DNA from: Anolis carolinensis
Taxonomy: Eukaryota
Length of the DNA: 64,000 bases
NCBI RefSeq assembly: GCF_035594765.1
Contig: NW_026943838.1
Coordinates: forward strand, 372,001-436,000
Reading direction: 5' to 3'
The notes beneath the pieces are model-generated. The model saw only the letters and a program-made list of their open reading frames with translations. It made no database searches and had not been told where the DNA came from. Shown one piece after another: positions 46,771 through 57,121 of the stretch; positions within the stretch are counted from its first letter, which is position 1, and every line of letters begins with the position of its first letter. The position numbers and the translations under genes are program-made.

Positions 46771-49445
46771 AGCAGATGGTGAGGTCAGAGTGGAAGAGCA
46801 AAATATTCTTCCGTTGTCATGGTCCGATCACCACCTGATCAGTTTAAGACTCACTGTGACCTCAAACCTCCGCAGGGGTGGTGGACCCATTAAGATGGTC
46901 CGCCCCAGGAGACTGATGGATCCAGATGGATTCTTGAGGTCTCTTGGGGATCTTCCTGTCATGGAGGCTGACGATCCTGTCGATGCCTTGGTAGATCGCT
47001 ACAATAGCGAGATGTCCAGGGCAATTGACATGATCGCCCCCGAACGTCCCCTCTCATTGCGAAGAGTCACTTCGGCTCCCTGGTTCACGGAGGAGCTGGC
47101 AGTGATGAAGCGCTCGAGGAGGGGACTAGAGTGCCACTGGCGGAAAACTTGTAGCGTTTCTGACCGAGCACGGGCTAGAGCCGCTATTAGGGCCTACTCC
47201 GCGGCTTTGCGGGCAGCCAGGAAGACCTTCACGACTGCCCGCATAGCGTCTGCAACTAACAGACCATCGGAGTTGTTTCGGGTCGTCGGGGAGCTCCTTC
47301 ACCCTCCTGAGGGGGGAGGGGCACCCGAAGACTCGGCAACTCGGTGCAGCGAGTTCGCGCACCACTTTGCAGACAAAGTCGCTCAGATTCGCTTCGACTT
47401 GGATGCTAGTTTTGTTGCAATGCCAAAAGAGGTAACTGAGGCACCTGTCTGTTCAAACTTGTGGGATTCGTTTCAGCTTGTTCGCCCGGATGACGTGGAC
47501 AGGATCCTTGGGGCGGTGAGAGTGACCACTTGCTCTGCAGACCCTTGCCCCTCGTGGCTAATTAAATCGGCCAGAGGAGGGTTGGTAGAGTGGTTTGTGA
47601 TGATAATTAATGCCTCTTTGGATCAAGGCAAATTTCCATCTGTCCTCAAACAGGCCATAGTGAGGCCTATATTGAAGAAGGCCTCCCTTGATTCGGCCAT
47701 TCTAAACAACTACAGACCAATCTCGAACCTCCCTTTCTTGGGCAAGGTCCTGGAGCGGGTGGTTGCCTCGCAGCTCCAGGGTTTCCTGGATGACACCGAT
47801 TTTCTGGACCCATCGCAGTCTGGCTTTAGACCTGGTCACAGTACTGAGACGGCTTTGGTCGCCTTGGTGGATGACCTCCGCAGGGAGCTGGACAGGGGGA
47901 GTGTGACCCTGCTGGTTCTCTTGGACATCTCAGCGGCTTTCGATACCATCGACCATGGTATCCTTCTGGGACGGCTCTCCGGGATGGGCCTTGGGGGCAT
48001 GGCTCTGTCGTGGCTTCAGTCCTTCCTGGAGGGCCGTTCCCAGTTGGTGAAGCTGGGGGACTCCTGCTCGGACCCCTGGCCTTTGACCTGTGGGGTCCCG
48101 CAAGGTTCCATTCTGTCCCCCATGCTTTTTAACATCTACATGAAACCGCTGGGAGAGGTCATCCGGAGTTTTGGAGTTCGGTGCCATCTCTACGCAGATG
48201 ACACTCAACTCTACTACTCCTTTCCACCGAACTCCAAGGAAGCCCCCCAGATACTGAACCAGTGCTTGGCAGCTGTGATGGGCTGGATGAGGGCAAATAA
48301 GCTGAAGCTTAATCCCGACAAGACAGAGGTCCTCCAGGTCAGTCGTATGTCCGATCGGGGTATTGGGTGGCAACCTGTGCTTGACGGGGTCGCACTCCCC
48401 CTGAAGGCGCAGGTCCGCAGTTTGGGGGTCCTCCTGGACTCAGCACTGACACTTGATGCTCAGGTGTCGGCCGTGGCCGGGAGGGCCTTTGCACAATTAA
48501 AACTTGTGCGCCAACTGCGACCTTACCTCGTGAAGTCTGATCTGGCCACGGTGGTCCATGCCTTAGTTACCTCTAGACTGGACTATTGCAATGCACTCTA
48601 CGTGGGGCTGCCCTTGAAGACGGCCCGGAAACTCCAACTAGTTCAACGTTCGGCAGCCTTGCTTCTAACTGGAGCAAATTATAGGGAGCGGTCAACCCTC
48701 CTGCTTAAGGAGCTCCACTGGCTGCCATTCACCTTCCGGACCCAATTCAAGGTGCAAGTGATCACCTACAAAGCCCTGAACGGTTTGGGACCCTCCTACC
48801 TTAGTGATCGCCTCTCCCCCTACGAACCTGCACGATCTCTTCGTTCGTCGGGGGAGGCCCTCCTCTCGCTCCCACCTCCGTCACAAGCGCGGTTGATGGG
48901 GACGAGAGAGAGGGCCTTCTCCGTGGTGGCCCCCTTCCCGGCTCTGGAACTCGCTCCCCAGGGAAATCAGGCAAGCCCCCCACCCTGGTAGCATTCAGAA
49001 AGAGCTTGAAAACCTGGCTCTTTACTCAAGCCTTTAGATAAAGATTGCTAATCCAGAAGCAATCTGTATCTGTGACCATTCTTGTACCGGTTTGCACCTT
49101 TTACCTTTGTCAACTCGATATAGACACAGGGTCTATTCCCATCCCAATTTGCACTTCCAGAATTTGCAGCACTTTATCAGTCACCTTGTGTTTACAATAT
49201 TTATATGGTGCACCTTACCCAGTCTACTTTTACAATCTCTCAGTTTTAATCCATGTTTTTATTAGTTCTTGTTTTTTATTGGCTAATGTTTAATTTTATT
49301 TTTTTGTGTGCAAGTTGTTGTCTATTGCTGTGTTTTATACCGCTACTGTTTTTATTCGGGCTTGGCCCCATGTAAGCCGCCCTGAGTCCCCTCCGGGGAG
49401 ATAGAGGCGGGGTATAAAAATAAAGTTATTATTATTATTATTATT
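46771..49445 (+). mobile_element. Young 5'-truncated L2 LINE (end of endonuclease plus RT)
   Basis: SDHHLI, QSGFRPGHSTET, YADDTQL; open for about 2.1 kb with a small frameshift near 48930; (TTA)n tail; absent from copy A. Confidence 0.93.
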
Positions 49446-51651
49446 CCTTCCTTCCCTTCCTTTGTCTTCTTTTCTCTTGTCCTTCCTTCCTTTTTCTCTT
49501 CTCTTCCCATATTTTCCTTTGCCTTATTTTCTCTTCCCCTTCTTTCCTTCCTTCCCTTCCCTTGTCTTCTTTTCTCTTGCCCTTCCTTCCTTTTTCTCTT
49601 CTCTTCCCATATTTTCCTTTGCCTTATTTTCTCTTCCCCTTCCTTCCTTCCCTTCCTTTGTCTTCTTTTCTCTTGCCCTTCCTTCCTTTTTCTCTTCTCT
49701 TCCCATATTTTCCTTTGCCTTATTTTCTCTTCCCCTTCCTTCCTTCCTTCCCTTCCTTTGTCTTCTTTTCTCTTGCCCTTCCTTCCTTTTTCTCTTCTCT
49801 TCCCATATTTTCCTTTGCCTTATTTTCTCTTCCCCTTCCTTCCTTCCCTTCCCTTGTCTTCTTTTCTCTTGCCCTTCCTTCCTTTTTCTCTTCTCTTCCC
49901 ATCCTTTCCACTACCGAGAAGGAAGGCCCTGTCTCTCATCCCTGCCAATCATGCCAGCGAAGAGGGCGGGATTGAGAGCAGGGCCTCTCCAGACGGTCTT
50001 AGACTCCGAGATGGTTCATAAGAGGAGAGACGTTTGGACAGGTAACCCATCCAACACAGGCTGTGACCCTGTGCCCTGTTTGGCCTTGCGACTGACAAGG
50101 AAGACCTCTGCGTACAGATGACATTGAACTCCAAAACTCCACATGATCTCTCCCAACGGCTTCATGTAGATGTTACACAGCGTGGGAGACAGTATTGAAC
50201 CCTGCGGGGATTCTGGCAAGGGATTCTGCTTTTCCTGCCTGGCAGAAGGGGGTTGGACTAGATGGCCCTCGTGGTCTCTTCCAAATATACTATTCTGTGA
50301 ATCTCTGATTTGGGTAAGAAGGCAAGGGCCTAGAGAAGTGCGGGTTCCTCTCTCTGGATGACCCCAAAAAGGGGCTGGAGAGCGACCTGCGGAGGATGGT
50401 CTGGCTGGTGACGCTGCTTGGAGAGAATGGGGCTGGACTCCACGACCCACGGGATCAGTGGTTTCATGGCGAAAGAACACACATCTCCTCCTCCTCCCAG
50501 TCAGTTTGGGTTGTGTGCTGAGGGGCTAATCATCTTCAGACCACGCAGGAATAAACAACCAAAGCACCCCCAACAGATGGGCATGCCGTCTCTGCTTACA
50601 AACCTCCAAAGGAGACTCTTATGGATTCCCGATAGGAGCAGACTCCACTACTGAACAGCTCTTACCTTCAGGAAATGCTTTCTGTTGTGTAGGTGAGGCC
50701 TGCACAACTAGTCAGTGTTAATGAGTGATGGAAGGAAAGGAGAAGCAGAGGAAAACACACACACAAGACCCCTGCTAGACAGGCAGGTGAATTCAGTCCT
50801 CTCACGGCCTCCTCCAGCTATACAATGGGACAAACTGTCTCATAGGCAAGGAGTGGATTCCAACCCCCAAAACACTGCAGAGTCCTGGTCACAGTTTCAC
50901 AGCCTCTGGCCTTGTAAAGTAGTTCGTCTCTTTGAATAAACACTCTTGAGTTCTGAATTTCATCCAAAGTCCTTGGAGGTTTTATTCTTGATTTATTCAC
51001 TACTTATAACTATTTACAGGTCTTCTGTTAATATACAAAGATACTTAGAAAAACAATAAGAACGAGTAAGAGCTGTTGGAGAGTGGCCTAGGCTGCCTCA
51101 GAGTGTGGTGGAGTGTCCTTCTCTGGAGGCTTTTCTGCAGAGGCTATCTATCGGGAGTGCTTTGATTGTGCCTTCCTGCATGGCAGGGGGCAGGACGGGG
51201 TGGCCCTTGGGGGTCTCTTCCGGCTCTAGGGTCCTAGGAGTCCATTCCAGGAGTAGGCAACACGGGGTCTCATGGATACGCCTTTCCTCTCCGTCCACCT
51301 CTCATCCTGACCACGGCCAACCCTTTTGGGATCCAACGTTTCCTTCCTGCCGAGGGAGAAGCCCTTCCTTCTTTCCTCCAAATTAAACATACCCAGCTGT
51401 CTCTCTCCGCCTGTCAGGTTCTCTTCTCCCAGTTGTGCTGTGGGTCTGTCTTCCAAAGAAAGCACCAAGACACACGCGGGTAGATTCCAACAAGTTTTAT
51501 TGTACTGAATACCAGAACCTTCTTTTGTGCCACATATATAGGGACTCTTACATACCAGAGGGTCATTGATGTTTTATGGCCGGCCTGCTTTATGGCTGGC
51601 ATCTGTTCTTTGTCCGCTGAGCAGAGATGTCAAGGATTGGAGATCCTGACA

Positions 51652-54600
51652 TCACGCCCCCCCAAAAAACCGTCCTCCCCCCTCGTGTGGAGGTTTGTGT
51701 GGGTTTTGAGCGTGAAACCTCTTGATGAGTGTGGGTGCATTTATGTCAGAATCCCTGACCCATTCTGATTCACTGAGGGGGAAATGCTTCCACCTGACGA
51801 AATATTGGAGAGTGTTTTTCCTGACTCTGGAGTCTAATATTTCCGCCACCTCATAGTGTTGGTTGCCGCCTATCATGATGGGTGGGGGCGGGGGCTTGGC
51901 TGGGTGCCAGTGGGAGCTCTCGGTAGCTGGTTTGAGGAGACTGAAGTGGAAAACGGGGTGAATCATCCTGTAGGACTGGGGGAGTTCTACTTCTGCGGTG
52001 ACTTCATTCACTAGTCTTTTGACCGCGAAGGGGCCAATGTATTTGGCTGCCAACTTCTTGGTTGGCTGCCTTCCCTTGAGGTATTTGGTGGAGAGGTAGA
52101 CCTGTTGCCCTGGCTTGAGGTCCCAATCTGGTCTCCTGTGTTTGTCCGCTTGGTGTTTGTAAGCTGCCTTGGCCTCGTCAAGAGCCACTGTTGGTAGTTG
52201 GTGTAACATCTCAGGTATTGTTCCAGCACCTGGTTGACCCTCTCTGTTTGCCCGTCAGTCTGGGGGTGGTATGCCGTGCTGAGGGCTTGTTTGGCCCCTA
52301 ATTGGCGTAGGAACGCTTTCCAAAATCTGGACACAAATACGGAGCCCCGGTCCGAAATGACCTTCGAGGGAGCCCCATGGTGCTTATAGCAGTGTTCAAT
52401 GAACAATTGCGCCAATTGCTCTGCATTGGGCATGCTCCTGCATGGGATGAAGTGTGCCTGCTTGGAGAAGAGGTTTACTATTACCCAAATCACGGTCTTC
52501 CCATTGCTGGGGGGCAGGTCTACAATGAAATCCATGCTGATGTGTTCCCAGGGGGCTGCTGGGGTTTCTAGGGGCCTGAGGAGCCCTGATGGTTTGTCCC
52601 CTCCCCCTTTCACTGTGGCACAGACTGGGCATTGGTGAACATACGCCTTCACATCCTTTCTCATGAGAGGCCACCAATATTTCCTCCGCACTAAATGCAG
52701 AGTTTTTACAAATCCAAAGTGCCCCGCTGTTTTGTTGTCATGATGATCGTGAAGGACCAGTTTCCTTTGGTCCTCAGGGACATACGTTCTGCTGCCTTTC
52801 AGCCACACCCCGTCCTTATAATCTAATTCCTGATAGTGTTCCCTGAGCCAGGGGTCCCTGATGTCCTTCTCTGGGGGAGGGGTGGCCTCTGGTCCTGTCC
52901 CCTCTTTCTTCGCCTTGCTCCTCGTGACCACCCCCATTCCCAGCTGGGTGTTGGAAAAGATTGTCCCCATTGTGTGTTGTTTATCTGCGTGGTACTGCGG
53001 CAACCTGGATAAGGCATCCGCTAGGAAGTTTTCCTTTCCAGGCAGGTACTTTAGCTCAAAGTCAAATCGGGCAAAGAATTTGGCCCACCTCAGTTGCTTT
53101 GGGGTCATTTTGCGTGGTGTTTGGAGTGCTTCTAGGTTTCTGTGATCCGTGTACACTACAAATTTGTGAGGGGCTCCTTCCAAAAGGTGCCTCCAGGCTT
53201 CTAAGGCAAATTTGACTGCGGCAGCCTCCTTTTCCCAGATGGGCCAGTGTGACTCTGTTGTGTTGAACTTCCGGGAGAGGTAACTACAGGGGCGCAACAT
53301 GCCCTTGTCATCCTTCTGGAGTAACACTGCCCCCGTGGCTGCGTCACTGGCATCTACTTGTATGACAAAGGGGTGTTGGGTGTCTGGGTGTTTCAGGATC
53401 GGCTCTGAACTCATGAGAGATTTTAGCATTTCAAAGGCCTCCTGGGCCTCCCTGTTCCAGGGCAGTTTTGCGCTTGGTTTGGGCTTGGCGTCTGATTGAG
53501 CTCCCCCTCCCTTTTTCTTCGTTTTGAGCATGTCAGTGAGGGGCAGGGCTACCTGGGCAAAGTTGGGTATGAATTGCCTGTAGAAATTTGCAAATCCCAG
53601 GAAGCTTTGTAGGTGCCTCCGTGTCCTGGGGGGCTCCCAGCCCAGTACTGCCTGCACTTTGCTGGGGTCCATCTCAATGCCCTGGCTGGAGATGCGGTAA
53701 CCCAAGTAGTCTAGTTTGTCTTGGTGGAATGCACACTTGGGCAGCTTGACATACAATTGGTTGGCCAGCAGTTTTTTTAGTACTTGTCGTACTAGGGGGA
53801 CATGAGATTCAAGGTCATTAGAAATGATGAGGACATCATCCAAATAACAGAGGACAACTTTACCTAGGTGTTCCCTGAGCACTTCGTTAATGAGATTTTG
53901 GAAGACTGGAGATCCGGATTTTAAACCAAAATTCAAAACTAAAAATTCGTACTTTCCATAGACAGTGTTTATGGCTGTCTTATATTCGTCCCCTGCTCGA
54001 ATTCTCACACGATGAAAAGCTTTCTTCAGGTCCAGTTTGGTAAAGATCTTACCGGTGCTAAGTTGCGCCAGCATGTCTTTAATCAAAGGGAGGGGATATG
54101 ATTGTGTGGCGCTGATTGCGTTTAGGTGTCTATAATCGGTGACCAGCCTCAGTGAGTGATCTTTCTTTTCCCTGAAAAAGACTGGCGCACCCAAGGGTGA
54201 CATGGAAGGGCGAATAAAGCCCCTGGCCAAGTTCTTGTCTAGGAATTCTTTCAGGGCAACCCTTTCTTTGGGAGTCATGGGGTAGGTTCTTTGTTTGGGC
54301 ATGGGGGAGTTGGGCAAGATCTCAATAGCACAGTCTGTATCTCGATGGGGAGGGAGTTTGTCACTCTCCTTGTCATCAAAGACCTCTGCTAAGTCTGCAT
54401 ATTCTGCTGGTATCCGGGGGCACCCTGCCTCGTCCCCCAGTGTTTGAGAGGTGGGTGTGTTGCCCCCTCCCGCCAGTGGGTGAGTTGGGCTTCCTGCCAT
54501 GTGCCCGGGGTCTTCCCTCCCCCCTTCCTGTTCTCCAGTTGAGGTGTTTGTGTTCCTCTTTGGCCCCCCGACCTGGGCTGTGCTTCCTGCCATTTGCTCT

Positions 54601-55400
54601 GGGTCTTCCCTCCCCCCTTCCTGTTCTCCTGTTGAGGTGTTTGTGTTACTCTTAGGCCCCCCTTCCTGGGCTGCGCCTTGTGCCATTTGCTTGGGGTCTT
54701 CCCTCCCCCCTTCGTGTTCTCCTGTTGCGGTGTGTGTGTTGTTCTTTGACTCAGCGCTTCCTGCCATCTGCTCTGGGTCTTCGGAGCCCCCTCTTCCCCC
54801 CCCCCTCCAGTGGGCAAAGAGTGAGTGTGCTGCATCCCTCATCGGCCCCTCCCCTCTCGCTTGCCTTCAGGTCCCGTAAGTGGTCCCTGCATGCCGGGTC
54901 TGTGAAACTGATGTCCCCCTCCCTCCATTTCACCATGGGGTTGTGTCGTTTCAGCCAATCCAAGCCTAGGACCAATTTGTAGCGAACCGTGGGCGCAATT
55001 ATGAACTGGATGGCCCAATGGTCTCCCACCCGCAACAATACTTGTTCAGTCCTGTATTTACAGAGCCCCCCTTTCATTTCGCTCCCATCCATCTGCACAA
55101 AGGTTATTGGTGAGCGAAGCTTCACTTTGGCCAACCCCATCCCAAGTGCGACCTCAGGCTTTATTATGGATTTTGTGCAGCCTGAGTCCAGTATTGCCCG
55201 CATGGGCGAGTCTGTTCCAGTCCCTCTTTTGCCCAGCTGCACCTTCAGCCAGAAGGGGGAGTCTGTGCCACTCACCACGGTCTTGGAGCGTCGCTTCCGT
55301 GCTGCCTGGGGCGGGGAGGATTCACTGCCAGTCTCTGCTGCTCCAGCGCGCCTCCTTCCTTCTGCCTGGACGCCGGCGCGCTTTAATCCAGGCAAACCTC
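51652..55400 (-). pseudogene. pol: Pol in three frames: protease, RT-RNase H-integrase core, GPF motif and chromodomain
   Basis: AILDSGC, YLDD, H..H..CPVC, D..D..E, YIGPF, YEVAEILDSR...YFVRWK; frameshift near 54.8 kb and a deletion plus frameshift near 52190. Confidence 0.9.
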
Positions 55401-55407
55401 GTTTCCC
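55345..55407 (-). promoter_or_regulatory. -1 ribosomal frameshift signal (GGGAAAC plus H-type pseudoknot)
   Basis: GGGAAAC-gaggtt-TGCCTGGA-ttaa-AGCGCGCC-ggcg-TCCAGGCA-gaaggaagga-GGCGCGCT; the -1 frame reads into the protease ORF. Confidence 0.88.
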
Positions 55408-56790
55408 GAGAGCTGTTCGCTGCCAGAGGAGGCATCTTGGGGTCCATCGCAGGGGGTCTCCGGCCGTTTCTGCTGCTTTGCTGCCAGTGCTGTTGCGCTG
55501 GTCTTCTTCCCTGGGTTGAGGTTGGCCTTGGGCTGGCCTTCTCCTGTCCTGCGTCCTGCAGGTTTCTTCCCGCCTCCTGGGCAGGAGGTGGCCAAATGCC
55601 CCTCACCTCCACACCGTAGGCACAGGCCTATCTTCCACCTCCGATCCTTCTCAGCCGGATCAAGCCTGTCCCTGTTCTTCGAAGGGGCACGGCTTCTGCC
55701 CGCAGTGCTTCCGGCTGAGGGGGTTTGCTTTTGGCGGAAGTTTTTGATTTCCTCCTTCAGCACCTCCCCCTCGCCAGCCGCTTCCACCCATCTGTCCAGG
55801 GTGCCCGGGTTCTCCCTGGCCAGCACCCATTCCACCAGGTCTGGCCTCAAGCCCTCCTTGAACACTTCAATCCTATAGGCTTCGTTCCACTCAGGTAGCA
55901 ATGAGGCCAGCCTTCTGAATTCCAAGGCAAAGTCCTGAACGGAGCGGGCGCCTTGCTTCAGGCTCCTGAGTTTCGCCCTGGCTTTTTCCTTGCGCAGGCG
56001 GTCTTCAAAGCGGGATCTCAGTGCCCCCATGAAGGCATCCAAGTTGTTGAGCTCCGGTGCCCTCATGTCGTACAGCGCCAGGAGCCATTCAGAGGCTGCT
56101 CCTTCGAAGTGGTCGGCCACATGTTGGACCTTGTCCATTTCGCTTTCAAAAGAGCCTTCCCACTTGCTCATGAAGGTAGCCACTCTCATCAAAAAGAAAG
56201 GCAGTTTCTCTGGGTCCCCATCAAAGGTGACTTGCAACTTCCTCTCCTCTCTGTAGTGCCGGCCTCGCTGCCCCCCCTCTCCCCCAGTCCTTTGTCTGTA
56301 GGGGGAAGGGGCTGCTGCGGAGAGGCCGGGGGAGGTTACCGGAGGGGAAGGAGCGGCCGCTGGGAGGACGGAGCTGGCGTTCTGCCCCCTGGGGCTGCCC
56401 TGTTGTGCCAGGATCAGGGAATGGACCATCTCCCGCAGTTGTGCTATTTCTTGCCTCATCTCCTGCATTCCTTGACTCTCCGTCGGGTGGGGGTTGCCAA
56501 GCTCCCAGGCGGTGGATGGCTCGGCTCTGTGCGGCCTCTCCGGCCCCGCTGGCGTGACCCTCCATTGCGTGGCCACGGTTGGGGGGAAGTGGCTGCGTCC
56601 ACGGGGGTGTGGGATTCTTCCCTCTCCCCTCCATCGGAGCTTGCTTCCTCCGAGAGGCTGAGGGGTTCCTCCCTCGTTTCTCCGTCGGCGCTTGCTTCTT
56701 CTCCCCGGGAATATTCCAATTGGTTCTCTCTCTCTCCTCCCTCCATGTTGCTGTAGGTAGGAGCTAGAGAAAGTAGGTGATTCAGTACAA
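55383..56790 (-). CDS. gag: Gag with CCHC knuckle; start codon uncertain
   Basis: FDGDPEKLPFFL capsid-like region, CLRCGGEGHLATSC. Confidence 0.85.
56780..56790 (-). other. Self-priming primer-binding site
   Basis: Exact 11-nt complement of LTR positions 56881-56891; no TGG tRNA-type PBS. Confidence 0.85.
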
Positions 56791-57014
56791 ATTGTCAGGT
56801 TCTCTTCTCCCAGTTGTGCTGTGGGTCTGTCTTCCAAAGAAAGCACCAAGACACACGCGGGTAGATTCCAACAAGTTTTATTGTACTGAATACCAGAACC
56901 TTCTTTTGTGCCACATATATAGGGACTATGTGTTGTCGAAGGCTTTCATGGCCGGGATCACAGGGTTGTTGTATGTCTTTCGGGCTGTGTGGCCATGTTC
57001 CAGAAGCATTCTCT

Positions 57015-57055
57015 CCTGACGTTTCGCCCACATCTATGGCAGGCATCCTCAGAGG
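57015..57055 (-). ncRNA. Minimal type I hammerhead ribozyme
   Basis: cct-CTGAGGA-t-gcctgc/gtgggc stem II-GAAAC-GTC-agg on the minus strand. Confidence 0.7.
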
Positions 57056-57080
57056 TTGTGAGGTACCTCATACCTCACAA

Positions 57081-57121
57081 CCTCTGAGGATGCCTGCCAT
57101 AGATGTGGGCGAAACGTCAGG
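57081..57121 (+). ncRNA. Minimal type I hammerhead ribozyme
   Basis: Same intact core on the plus strand. Confidence 0.7.

Larger units (their letters stand above)
44695..49900. repeat. Expanded polypyrimidine minisatellite interrupted by three insertions
   Basis: CT-rich blocks at about 44695-45175, 45405-45646, 46156-46770, 49446-49900. Confidence 0.9.

Noticed and set aside
46142-48991. 949-aa ORF suggesting a hydrophobic domain fused to RT
   Set aside because: The N-terminal part is translated CT-rich minisatellite that happens to lack stops; the rest is a truncated L2
51652-56790. Domesticated PEG10/RTL-like gene
   Set aside because: Identical LTRs, TSD, an empty paralogous site and pol lesions show a recent transposon copy
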